Shown here one piece after another: positions 14,919 to 24,077 of a stretch of 64,000 nt of DNA. This stretch comes from Nitrososphaerota archaeon (GTDB lineage: Archaea > Thermoproteota > Nitrososphaeria > Nitrososphaerales > Gagatemarchaeaceae). The stretch is from the NCBI GenBank assembly GCA_029785825.1, contig JAFLYY010000001.1:649374-713373 (forward strand). Direction: 5' to 3'. The stretch's first letter is position 1. The number at the start of each line of letters is the position of its first letter. The notes beneath the pieces are model-generated. The model did not search any database. It was not told the origin of the DNA and saw only the letters and a program-made list of their open reading frames with translations. The translations under genes were made by a program, and so were the position numbers.

Positions 14919-16510
14919 CAGCGCAGGCTCTGGACAGGCTCCAGGAAGCCGCCTCGTACATAGCGGAGCTAGTCGCCAGGGGGACGGTCCGCACGAGGAG
15001 CGACCTGGAGAAGCTGAAGAAGAGGGCCGCGGCGGACTTCCAACTCGACAGGTACCCTTCGAATGCGGAGATCCTTGCCCACCTTCCGCCGGGGGACAGG
15101 GACCGGAGCGCGGGGCTCCTGCGCGTCCACCCGAGGCGCAGCGCCTCAGGCATCGTCGTCGTCACCGCCTTCTCGGCTCCCTTCTCCTGCCCCCACGGGA
15201 CCTGCGTCTTCTGCCCCGGAGGGCCGCGGCAGGGGACCCCCCAGTCGTACCTGCCGCAGAGCCCGGGGATGCAGTCGGCGCTCGAGGTCCGGTTCGACCC
15301 GCGCCTGCAGGTCGAGAAGTCACTCGCCAAGTACGTCGCCAACGGCCATGCCGTGGGGAAAGTGGAGGCCATCATAGAGGGGGGGACGTTCATCGCGCTC
15401 GATCCGGGATACCAGACCGCGTTCGTGAAGGGGATCTACGACGGCCTCAACGGCGCGGTGTCCGGGACGCTCTCAGAGTCCCAGACCGCCAACGAGACGG
15501 CGGCCAGCAGGTGCGTGGGGCTGACCCTCGAGTCGAAGCCAGACTGGTGCAGACCGAGGGACGTGGACCTGATGCTCGGGCACGGGATCACGAGGGTCGA
15601 GATAGGGGTCCAGAGCCTGAGGCCTGAGGTGTTACTGCGCAGCAACCGCGGGCACACGGTCGAGGATGCGGCGAAGGCGTTCCAGGTCGCCCGGGACGCA
15701 GGGCTGAAGATCACGGCCCACATGATGCCCGGCCTCCCCGGAGCCACCCCTGACGGAGACCTCGAGGACCTCCGCAGGCTCTTCGATGACGAGGCCTTCC
15801 GCCCCGACATGTCAAAGCTCTACCCGACGCTTGTGGTCCCTGGGACGGCGCTGGCGAAGCAGTTCAGCGCGGGACTCTACAAACCGTATCCCTTTGAGAC
15901 GGTGGTCGAACTCCTCAGCGACATGAAGGGCTTCGTCCCCCCCTGGCACAGGATCATGCGGATACAGAGAGAGATACCAGCCGCCGAAATAGAGGGCGGG
16001 GTGAAGGACGGGAACCTCAGGCAGCTCGTCCTGCAGAGGGCCAGGGAGAAGGGGATAACATGCCGGTGCATCAGGTGCAGAGAAGTCCTTCTGAGGGACC
16101 CGGAGGCGCTCGGCAGGGACGACTCCCTGACCTACAGGGAGGCTCGCTACACCGCCTCGGGCGGGGAGGAGGTCTTCGGGTCGTTCGAGTTCGAAAGGTC
16201 CGGGACCATCGCAGGCTTCGTCCGGATGAGGGCCCCTTCTCCCCTGGCCCATAGAACGGAGATGAGGGGGGGCGCGGTGGTTAGGGAGCTCAGGGTATAC
16301 GGGGTGGTGGTGGGAATAGGGAAGAAGGAGGACGCCGCGTGGCAGCACAGGGGGATCGGCGCGTCCCTTTTGGAGCGCATGGAGGAAGCGGCGTCGTCAG
16401 AGTTCGGCGCCAGGAAGGTCCTCGTGATAAGCGCCGTGGGGACCAGAGGGTACTACCGGAGGCTCGGGTACGAAAGGGACGGCCCGTACATGGCGAAGGG
16501 CCTTCGCTAA
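14915..16510 (+). CDS. elp3: Elp3-type radical SAM / acetyltransferase (tRNA wobble uridine modification)
   Basis: The radical-SAM cluster motif [12 protein letters not shown] is present with a C-terminal GNAT region ([14 protein letters not shown]). GTG 14915 overlaps the rps30e stop (GTGA). Confidence 0.88.
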   Translation: MTAQALDRLQEAASYIAELVARGTVRTRSDLEKLKKRAAADFQLDRYPSNAEILAHLPPGDRDRSAGLLRVHPRRSASGIVVVTAFSAPFSCPHGTCVFCPGGPRQGTPQSYLPQSPGMQSALEVRFDPRLQVEKSLAKYVANGHAVGKVEAIIEGGTFIALDPGYQTAFVKGIYDGLNGAVSGTLSESQTANETAASRCVGLTLESKPDWCRPRDVDLMLGHGITRVEIGVQSLRPEVLLRSNRGHTVEDAAKAFQVARDAGLKITAHMMPGLPGATPDGDLEDLRRLFDDEAFRPDMSKLYPTLVVPGTALAKQFSAGLYKPYPFETVVELLSDMKGFVPPWHRIMRIQREIPAAEIEGGVKDGNLRQLVLQRAREKGITCRCIRCREVLLRDPEALGRDDSLTYREARYTASGGEEVFGSFEFERSGTIAGFVRMRAPSPLAHRTEMRGGAVVRELRVYGVVVGIGKKEDAAWQHRGIGASLLERMEEAASSEFGARKVLVISAVGTRGYYRRLGYERDGPYMAKGLR

Positions 16511-16545
16511 ACGATTTAAGACCGGAGAAGCGCGGGACTGTTCGC

Positions 16546-17856
16546 ATGGGGGACCTTTCGGGCTACAAGGGGGGCGCCCTCCGCTTCCTGCAATCCGCCA
16601 AGGCCTCGATCGGTGACGTGCTCGAAGTCCAGACGAAATGGGGGGCGGTGACAGGCACCCTCGTCCCCAGGTATCTCTACGGCGACGGAGACCACGTCGT
16701 CCTCAAGCTGAAGTCAGGGTACAACGTCGGCCTCAGCCTCGACGGCCTCGGGAGGGCCGCCGTGAAGTCGAAGGGAGAGAAGCCCTCCTTCTCCCCGCCC
16801 CCGCCCCCGAAGTCTCCGGAGGGGCTCCCAAGGGTGGCGCTCCTCGGCACCGGAGGGACGATCGCCAGCAGGATCGACTACCGGACAGGGGCGGTGAAGC
16901 CTGCCGTGTCAGAGTCGGAGCTGCGCGCCCTCGTCCCGGAGCTCTCAGGCGCGGCGAGGGTCGAGGCCGAGGTGATGTTCGATATACTCAGCGAGAACGT
17001 GGCCCCGAGCCACTGGGCCAAGATGGCGAAGAGGGTGGCCAGGGCCGTGGATGAAGGGGTCGACGGGGTCGTAATCACCCACGGCACGGACACCCTGGGC
17101 TACACGGCGGCGGCGCTCAGCTTCGCCCTGGTGGGGATCCCTGTACCTGTAGTGCTCGTCGGCGCCCAGCGCTCGCCTGACAGGCCGTCGTCCGACGCCC
17201 CTCTGAACCTGGTCGCGGCGGTCTCGGTGGCAGGCACAGCGAAGTTCTCCGGCGTGTACGTCGCCATGCACCTCGGGGAGAGTGACGACAAGATCGCGTT
17301 CCACAGGGGGACCCGGGTCCGGAAGAACCACACCAGCAGGAGAGACGCCTTCGTCTCCGTGGGGGTCCCGCTTGCGGCCGTCTGGGGAAAGGGTGGGCTC
17401 GAGTACGTATCCGAAGGCCTGCCTCCGCGGGGAGGCTCCTTTAGGCCGAGGCCGGCTTTCGCCCCCGGCGCCGCGCTGCTGAAGTTCTACCCCTCGATGC
17501 CGCCGGAGGCCGTTAGGTCGGCCCGGCGGCTGGGCGCCCGGATCATAGTGGTGGAAGGGACGGGGCTGGGGCACGTGAGCGGGGAGGTCACGAAAGAGCT
17601 GGCACTCTTCGTGAAGTCCGGAGGGGTCGCCTGCATGACCTCGCAGTGCATCGGAGGCAGGGTCGACCTCAACGTCTACGAGACGGGGAGAGACCTCCTG
17701 CAGGCGGGGGTAGTCCCACTCCGCGACATGCTCCCCGAGACCGCCCTCGCCAAGGCGACGTGGGTCCTCGGGACCGGGGCAAAGGGGGAAAGGGCGAAGG
17801 AGATGATGCTGCACGACGTCGCCGGGGAGACCACGGCGCGGACCTTCCCTGGATAG
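16546..17856 (+). CDS. gatD: Glutamyl-tRNA(Gln) amidotransferase subunit D
   Basis: An asparaginase-like core is present (LLGTGGTIAS, ITHGTDTLGYTAAALSF). It lies upstream of gatE. Confidence 0.9.
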   Translation: MGDLSGYKGGALRFLQSAKASIGDVLEVQTKWGAVTGTLVPRYLYGDGDHVVLKLKSGYNVGLSLDGLGRAAVKSKGEKPSFSPPPPPKSPEGLPRVALLGTGGTIASRIDYRTGAVKPAVSESELRALVPELSGAARVEAEVMFDILSENVAPSHWAKMAKRVARAVDEGVDGVVITHGTDTLGYTAAALSFALVGIPVPVVLVGAQRSPDRPSSDAPLNLVAAVSVAGTAKFSGVYVAMHLGESDDKIAFHRGTRVRKNHTSRRDAFVSVGVPLAAVWGKGGLEYVSEGLPPRGGSFRPRPAFAPGAALLKFYPSMPPEAVRSARRLGARIIVVEGTGLGHVSGEVTKELALFVKSGGVACMTSQCIGGRVDLNVYETGRDLLQAGVVPLRDMLPETALAKATWVLGTGAKGERAKEMMLHDVAGETTARTFPG

Positions 17857-17865
17857 GGGCTCAGG

Positions 17866-19755
17866 TTGACTGAAGAGCTTCTCGTAGGCCTGGAGATACA
17901 CCAGCAGCTGGCCATCCCCACGAAGCTCTTCTGCGCCTGCCCTCCGGTGAAGTCCGAGGAGTTCCCGGGGAAGTTCGAGCGGAGGCTCCGTCCGGCACAG
18001 AGCGAGACGGGCCGCCTCGACCCCGCCGCCCTCTTCGAGTATTCCAAGGGGAAGTCCGACCTTTACTTCTGGAACCCCGAGTCGTCATGCCTCGTGGAGG
18101 CCGACGAGGAGCCCCCGCACCCCCTCAGCGCGGAGGGGCTGGATGCCGCCCTCCTGGTGGCCGCCACCCTGAATTCCAACTTCATAGACGAGGTGCACGT
18201 CATGCGGAAGATAGTGATTGACGGCTCGAACACCGGGGGGTTCCAGAGGACGGCGGTGGTGGGTCTGGGAGGCTCGTTCGACGTGGACGGGGAGAGGGTG
18301 GGGGTGCAGTCCGTCACCCTCGAGGAAGACGCCGCGAGGAACCTCGGAGAGGACGGCGGCTCCAGGCGCTTCGCCCTGGACAGGCTCGGCGTGGCCCTGG
18401 TCGAGATAGCGCTGGAGCCGGTCAGAGGGGACCCTGGGCGCGTCGGCGCCGTCGCGCTCCACCTGGGCCGCATGCTGAGGTCGACAGGGAAGGCGGCGAG
18501 AGGACTCGGGACCATCCGTCAGGACATGAACGTCTCCCTGGGAGGAGGGAGGGTCGTGGAGGTGAAGGGGGTCCAGAAGCTCAACCTGATCCCGAAGGTG
18601 GTGGGGTACGAGCGGAGGAGGCAGTCGATGCTGAGAGCGGTCGCGGCGGAGCTGAGGGCGAAGGGGGTGCGGAGGGTGCAGTGCAGGTCGATGGACGTGA
18701 CGGCGGCGATGGCGAGGACGGCGTCTCCGGTCATCAGGGAGCTGGTCGCCCAGGGAGGGGTCGTGCATTGCATCTCAGCCCGAGGGCTCGCGGGGCTCCT
18801 GGGGTGGGAGCCGGAGCCGGGGGTGAGGCTCGGGAAAGAGCTCGCCGAAGTGGCCAGGGCGGGTTCGCTGGGAGGTGTCATACACTCCGACGAGTTCGAG
18901 AAGCAGGGGGTGACGGGCCCTGAGGCAGACGAGCTCAGGAACGTCATGGGGTGCGGCGCCGAGGACGGCCTCGTGCTCGTCGCCGGCCGTTCCGACAGCG
19001 TGGAGAGGGTCGTCCCCGTCCTGGTTTCCAGGCTGAAGGCGGCGACAGAGGGGGTCCCGGAAGAGACGAGGGCGCCGACCGACGCCGGCGAGACGAGGTA
19101 CATGCGCCCGCGCCCAGGCTCACAGAGGATGTACCCTGAGACGGACATCCCGGACATCCCCATCCCGGGGCGCCTGAGGGCGCAGATGGCGAAGGCGGTC
19201 CCGGAAGATTGGAGATCGACGGTGAAGGCGCTCCAGAGCAGATACTCCCTGAGCTCGGACATGGCCCTGAAGGTCTACGACTCGGGCCTCGTGGCCGAGT
19301 TCGTGCGGGCGTGCGGAAAGCTCCGGCTCGAGCCATCGTTCGTAGCTTCGACCCTGGTCGACCTCCCGGCGAGACTGACGAGGGAAGGGGTCCCCGAATC
19401 GTCGTTCTCGCTTCCTGCGCTCATGGCTGCCCTCGAGGCGGTCGACGGCGGAAAGGCCGCGAAGGAGGCGGTCCCGGAGATCCTGCAGGGCGCCGGGGAA
19501 AAAGGGGTGTCAGTGGGTGAGCTGCTGGCGTCAACGGGGCGCGAAGTGCTCGACGAGGCCCGCGTGACGGGGGTGGTCGAGGCGGTCGTGTCACGGGAAT
19601 CTGCGCTGATAGCGGAACGCGGGGATGCCGCGTTCTCCCCGCTCATGGGGGAGGTGATGAAAGAGCTCCGAGGGAAGGCTGACGGCTCGCTGGTCGCCAA
19701 GGTCCTGCGTCAGAAGGTTTCAGAGGCGGCCAAGAAGGCGGACAGGTCCCGATAG
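17866..19755 (+). CDS. gatE: Glutamyl-tRNA(Gln) amidotransferase subunit E
   Basis: GLEIHQQL at the N terminus and a GatB/E-type core in a 629-aa protein. It follows gatD. Confidence 0.9.
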   Translation: MTEELLVGLEIHQQLAIPTKLFCACPPVKSEEFPGKFERRLRPAQSETGRLDPAALFEYSKGKSDLYFWNPESSCLVEADEEPPHPLSAEGLDAALLVAATLNSNFIDEVHVMRKIVIDGSNTGGFQRTAVVGLGGSFDVDGERVGVQSVTLEEDAARNLGEDGGSRRFALDRLGVALVEIALEPVRGDPGRVGAVALHLGRMLRSTGKAARGLGTIRQDMNVSLGGGRVVEVKGVQKLNLIPKVVGYERRRQSMLRAVAAELRAKGVRRVQCRSMDVTAAMARTASPVIRELVAQGGVVHCISARGLAGLLGWEPEPGVRLGKELAEVARAGSLGGVIHSDEFEKQGVTGPEADELRNVMGCGAEDGLVLVAGRSDSVERVVPVLVSRLKAATEGVPEETRAPTDAGETRYMRPRPGSQRMYPETDIPDIPIPGRLRAQMAKAVPEDWRSTVKALQSRYSLSSDMALKVYDSGLVAEFVRACGKLRLEPSFVASTLVDLPARLTREGVPESSFSLPALMAALEAVDGGKAAKEAVPEILQGAGEKGVSVGELLASTGREVLDEARVTGVVEAVVSRESALIAERGDAAFSPLMGEVMKELRGKADGSLVAKVLRQKVSEAAKKADRSR

Positions 19756-19865
19756 GACGCCGCGTCCCCCTTCTGCTAGGGGCCCCGGCCCGGTCTGCCT
19801 CCCCTCGCCAGACGAGTGCGTCAGTTCCCGCCCGAAACGTGCTTCCCCGACCTCGCAGCCTGAAC

Positions 19866-20243
19866 CTACGCCGCTGGCTTCCGCCCTTTCTCTTCGAGCG
19901 CCCTTATCCTGGAGTCAACGAACTCGGCCTGCCCGGACAGGACCTTCCTGTACGCCTTCAGCAGCCTGGCCTGGTCTCCGGCGGTCGCGCCGTCGATGGT
20001 CTTCATGGACTTCATGAACGCCTTGTTGGCGGCGTCAACGGAGGCCCCGAGGGACTTCTGCACTACCGGCGCCGCCCTGTGGAGGGCCCTTTCCGTGGAC
20101 TCCTGGGCCTTCTCTATGATCTCCCTCACCGACTTCAAGGTCTGCTTCGTCCTCGGTGACCCTCGGTCCTCGCTCACCGACACACCTTCCCTGCTGTACC
20201 GCGACTCATGCACGCATCTGTTTTCCAGCGATATATGATTCAA
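19866..20243 (-). CDS. Hypothetical alpha-helical protein
   Basis: A 125-aa ORF that looks predominantly helical (REIIEKAQESTERALHRAAPVVQKSL..ARLLKAYRKVLSGQAEFVDSRIRALEE). The start is uncertain and no family was recognised. Confidence 0.4.
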   Translation of the reverse strand: MNHISLENRCVHESRYSREGVSVSEDRGSPRTKQTLKSVREIIEKAQESTERALHRAAPVVQKSLGASVDAANKAFMKSMKTIDGATAGDQARLLKAYRKVLSGQAEFVDSRIRALEEKGRKPAA

Positions 20244-20362
20244 CGCGTTAGAAACGTCTCGGCGCCCTCCGACGGCTCAGGGCGAGGCGCAGGCGGACGG
20301 CCCGTTGATAGCAGTCTTTATAGAAGCGCAGGAGCGCCTCTTACAACCTGGGGGCGTCCTGA

Positions 20363-20776
20363 ATGTTAGCCATCCATACGCATCTGCTGTTCGGGACCAC
20401 GGTCGGGTTCTTCGCCGTCATCGCCGTGGCGTCTGCGCTGGACCGCTTCGGCACCGCCATGTTCCGGAGGGGGGTCGCGATGCCGTTCTTCCTGGGGCGG
20501 CACCGCCTGCACCACAGGAGGGTCCTGTTCGTGGGGCTCCCTCTGGCTTATGTCGCTGTCGCTTCTCTGGTGCTCCTCGGCTTCGTGCAGATCGTATGGA
20601 GCCTGCTCTGGACCGGGCTCGCCGGAACGGTCCTCGTGTCCGTCGACTGCCTCATGGTCGACCTGACCATAGACTACGCCTGGAAGGGGAGGGGGTGGCG
20701 GTTCCTCAGGCACGAGTTCCTCTACTTCGCCGTCCCGGCGTACGCCTTCGCCGCGTTCCTCCGCTTCGCCATCTGA
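20363..20776 (+). CDS. Hypothetical membrane protein (about 4 TM)
   Basis: A 137-aa ORF with several hydrophobic helices. A TATA-like CTTTATAGA lies about 40 nt upstream. Confidence 0.5.
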   Translation: MLAIHTHLLFGTTVGFFAVIAVASALDRFGTAMFRRGVAMPFFLGRHRLHHRRVLFVGLPLAYVAVASLVLLGFVQIVWSLLWTGLAGTVLVSVDCLMVDLTIDYAWKGRGWRFLRHEFLYFAVPAYAFAAFLRFAI

Positions 20777-20816
20777 CTGTGAAAGGTGCTCCCCTGGAAT
20801 CGTAGAGGGGGCAGCC

Positions 20817-21336
20817 TTACACCCTCGGCAAGGACAGGTCCTGAGCGGTGGGACCGAGAACCAGCCCGTAGAAACTCACGTCCCACCACCTCCCGAACTT
20901 GAACCCCGCCTCCTTGAAGTCCCCCGCGTGCTCGAACCCCAGCCCTGTGTGGAGCCGGACGCTCGCCGGGTTGGGGGGCACGATACCGGCGATCACTGCG
21001 TGATAGCCAAGGCGACCGGCCCTGGCCAGGACCTCCCGCATCGCTGCCGTCCCCGCCCTGGCCCCCCTGCGCTCCCTGCGGACGTAGAAGGAGCTCTCGG
21101 CGGTGAGGGAGTAGGCAGGCCTGTCCCTGAAGGGGGAGAGAGGCGTATCCTGCCACCGAGCCTCTCGCTTCGACCACCACGATGGGGTGCCTCGCGGTGT
21201 GTCCCTCGAACCAGGCAGTCCGCTGTTCGAGGGTCTGAGGATGGATGCCGAAGGTCGCATGAGGGTTGACGACCGCCTCGTCGTAGATCTCCAGCAGCGC
21301 AGGGATGTCAACAGCTCTGGCATCCCTCACCTTCAC
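20817..21336 (-). pseudogene. GNAT N-acetyltransferase (phosphinothricin acetyltransferase-like) with a frameshift at a homopolymer
   Basis: The N-terminal half (MKVRDARAVDIPALLEIYDEAVVNPHATF..GSVAGYASL) and the C-terminal half (SPFRDRPAYSLTAESSFYVRRERRGARAG..GFKFGRWWDVSFYGLVL) lie in different frames. They join at a C5 run (G5 on the plus strand, 21132-21136). The span is 520 nt (3n+1). Confidence 0.75.
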
Positions 21337-21594
21337 CGCGGCTTCCGCGCTCGTTCTACCTGTAAAGCATCGGCACAGAGCTCAGTACGGCCGGACGTTG
21401 GCTCCCATAGGTCGAAGTAGAGGGAGCTCTCCGGATTCCCCAGGAGGCACGGGAGAGCCAGGGAAGCCCCCCGGGGGGAAGGTCCGGCGACGACGAGCAC
21501 AGAGAAGGCAAAGGCATGGACGGGGAGGTGCAGAAGCCCGGAGCGGCGCTCGCTGGCCATCGGCTCAGGCTGAAGAAGGGGTGCGCCGCCGGAA

Positions 21595-23118
21595 TCATCG
21601 CCTTCGGCCCCCGAAGAACCGGGAGAGCTCCATCGACTTCAGGGTGACCGCCCCGAATCCAAGCAGGGACAGGGAGAGGAAGTACTGCCCCACGAGGGAC
21701 ATCGGGACGGCGAGGAGGAGCGAGGCGACGGAGAGGGCCCCCTCCGCGAAGAGAACCCCGCTCCCCTCACCGGGCTGGGAGTCGGCCCTGGCCGCCTCCT
21801 TCCCTCCGGTCTTGGGGGTCCGGAAGAACGTCCCCTTGTCGCTGACCAGCCCCTTCAGGAACGCGATGGCCGAGATGGTGAACATCCCCGAAACGGTGTA
21901 AGAGAGGACCGGGAGGAGCCACAGGTTCCGGGGGGTGAGCATCTTCCGGATCCTCAGCGCGTTGGCCCCTGCGGCGTAGAAGACCACCGCGGGGACGGTC
22001 ACAGCCACGACGTAGGCTGGGTTCGAGAAGAGGGAGCTCTGCGGGGAGACGAGCCTGAGGAAGACGGCCGAGGCCGTGAGGAGCGAGACCACTATCCAGC
22101 TGAGGCTTGCGAATGGGGAGAGGAGGGTGAGCAGGAGCCCCAGCTTCCTGAGCGGGTCCAGCTTCTTCGAGAAGAGGACCGTCCCCAGGTCGAGGCGCAG
22201 GCACTGGGACCACCCCTGGGCCACCCTGGCCGCCTGCCTCTTCCAGACCCTGAGGGACGAAGGGTCCTCGCTCAGGAGCTGGTCCCCGCTGAGGTACCCT
22301 CCTTTCAGCCCCGAGGCGAAGAGCCTGCAGGAGAGCTCCGCGTCTTCTGTGAGCATCCCCTCCTTCCAGAGCCCCACCTGACGGAGGGCGTCGGTCCTCG
22401 CGAGGACGAAACCTCCCTGCAGAGAATAGGGGAGCCCGAGCGGGGTGGACCCCATCTTCTGCAGCCCGTCGACCGTGTCCTGGAAGAGGGCGTAGGACCT
22501 CGTCACCAGGTTCGTCTCCCTGTTGTAGTGCCCCACCCTGAAGGACACGAAAGACAGGTCCCCCTTCGCCAGGGTCCTGACCCCGTCGGCGACGCTGCCC
22601 GAGGAGACCCTAGAGTCTGCGTCGAGGAGGAGCGTGTACTCCCCGGACACGCTCGCCATCGCGGCGTTCATCGCGCCTGCCTTGAACCCCTCCCTCCCCT
22701 TCCTCCTCGAGACCACGAAGCCGACCCCCTTGGCGCGCATCTCTGCTGCCGCCCCGTCGACCACCCCCGAAGTCTCGTCGTCAGAGTCGTCGGCGACCAC
22801 TATCTGCAGCCTGTCCCGGGGGTAGTCGAGGGCGTCGAGGGCGGCCAGCGTCTCCCCCACGACGTCCCGCTCGTCGTAGACGGCGAGGAGGACGCTGAGC
22901 CGGGGGAGAGGAGTCAGGGGCACGGCCGTCGGCGGCGCCTTGTACGCGGCGCTCCCGGCGAAGAGGACGACGGTGTAAGCCGAGTAAGCGAACACAGGGA
23001 CGCTGAACACGAGCACCGCGACCTCGACGACGAGGTCGAGCAAAGGCAAGTCGCGCCCGGCTGAGCCCGAGGCTATTTCTGGCTTGGCGGCCCTCCCGGC
23101 GTGGCAAGAGCCCTTCAA
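21595..23118 (-). CDS. Membrane-integrated family 2 glycosyltransferase (processive, cellulose-synthase-like)
   Basis: N- and C-terminal TM blocks flank the motifs DDSDDET, LLLDADS and QGGFVLAR and the QxxRW-type QAARVAQGW. Confidence 0.8.
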   Translation of the reverse strand: MKGSCHAGRAAKPEIASGSAGRDLPLLDLVVEVAVLVFSVPVFAYSAYTVVLFAGSAAYKAPPTAVPLTPLPRLSVLLAVYDERDVVGETLAALDALDYPRDRLQIVVADDSDDETSGVVDGAAAEMRAKGVGFVVSRRKGREGFKAGAMNAAMASVSGEYTLLLDADSRVSSGSVADGVRTLAKGDLSFVSFRVGHYNRETNLVTRSYALFQDTVDGLQKMGSTPLGLPYSLQGGFVLARTDALRQVGLWKEGMLTEDAELSCRLFASGLKGGYLSGDQLLSEDPSSLRVWKRQAARVAQGWSQCLRLDLGTVLFSKKLDPLRKLGLLLTLLSPFASLSWIVVSLLTASAVFLRLVSPQSSLFSNPAYVVAVTVPAVVFYAAGANALRIRKMLTPRNLWLLPVLSYTVSGMFTISAIAFLKGLVSDKGTFFRTPKTGGKEAARADSQPGEGSGVLFAEGALSVASLLLAVPMSLVGQYFLSLSLLGFGAVTLKSMELSRFFGGRRR

Positions 23119-23152
23119 CGCTTAAAGAGCCAAGGCCAGAGTCGGGGAAATC

Positions 23153-23677
23153 ATGGATGAGAGCGCCAGGCGGATGTACCTCGTCGTCGCACTGGTGTCT
23201 CTGGCGATCATGGCGATCGTTGCCGTCTACGGCATAGTCGAGTCCCTGTACTTCACCGGGCAGCCGGTGGGGGAGACCTGGGTCAACGTCTACTTCCCGT
23301 TCACCCCCTACTTCGCCCAGCCCGTCACCTACTTCGCCGTCGCCTGCGTGGCCCTCTTCTACAGCGGGCTCAGGATAGGCGAAGAGAGGATCTCCAAGTG
23401 GCCCCACTGGCTGCTGATGACGATACAGCTCTTCGGGTTCATCGTGGCGTTCTCCGCGGCCTACGAGGTGATGTACAACTTCATGCTCTGGGGGTCGGCG
23501 TACACCTCCGCGTGTTCCACCAACCTCGCCAACCACATCCCCTGCAACCCCAACAACCTCTTCTCCACCTATCCGACTCCGTGGAACCTGGTCTTCGCCA
23601 CCAGGTCGTTCTTCGCGCTCTTCGTGATAAGCGGGTACACGGTGTACTATCTGCGGAAGTTCTCCGACACCATCTAG
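23153..23677 (+). CDS. Hypothetical membrane protein
   Basis: A 174-aa ORF with 4-5 hydrophobic helices. No family was recognised. Confidence 0.5.
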   Translation: MDESARRMYLVVALVSLAIMAIVAVYGIVESLYFTGQPVGETWVNVYFPFTPYFAQPVTYFAVACVALFYSGLRIGEERISKWPHWLLMTIQLFGFIVAFSAAYEVMYNFMLWGSAYTSACSTNLANHIPCNPNNLFSTYPTPWNLVFATRSFFALFVISGYTVYYLRKFSDTI

Positions 23678-24036
23678 CCGACGGTAGGGCGCGCCACGCC
23701 GGCGTAGAACAGGAAGACGTGCGCCACCGCGAAGACCGCGAACCCGGCCACCGGGACGGCGGCCACGGACGAGAAGGCCCCCCCGAGGAGGGGATACCAA
23801 GCGTAGACTTCGTACGCAGAGAAGACGAGCCCCATGGCAGCGGTCGAGACGGCCCAGGCGAACGTCAGCCTGGCGTCAGGCCGGAGCTTCAGCAGGGCGC
23901 CGCCGGCGAAGCAAGCGACCACCGGCCAGGCGGCGAGTACCGAGGCGCCGATGACGGCGACCACCAGCCACACCACGCCCATGGCGATGAAGAAGTAAGG
24001 CGCGTACCCCCTGATCAGGGCGCCGAGGTCGGGCAT
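23674..24036 (-). CDS. Hypothetical membrane protein
   Basis: A 120-aa ORF with about 4 hydrophobic helices, convergent with the previous gene. Confidence 0.45.
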   Translation of the reverse strand: MPDLGALIRGYAPYFFIAMGVVWLVVAVIGASVLAAWPVVACFAGGALLKLRPDARLTFAWAVSTAAMGLVFSAYEVYAWYPLLGGAFSSVAAVPVAGFAVFAVAHVFLFYAGVARPTVG

Positions 24037-24077
24037 CTGAAAAGGCGGGCGTAAGTCTCGATATAAACCATGGCTTC

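Noticed and set aside
20817-21336. A third BHB intron in the frameshifted acetyltransferase
   Set aside because: Alignment by eye leaves no surplus residues at the junction. The break sits in a C5/(TC)n tract and is explained by a 1-nt or 2-nt indel.
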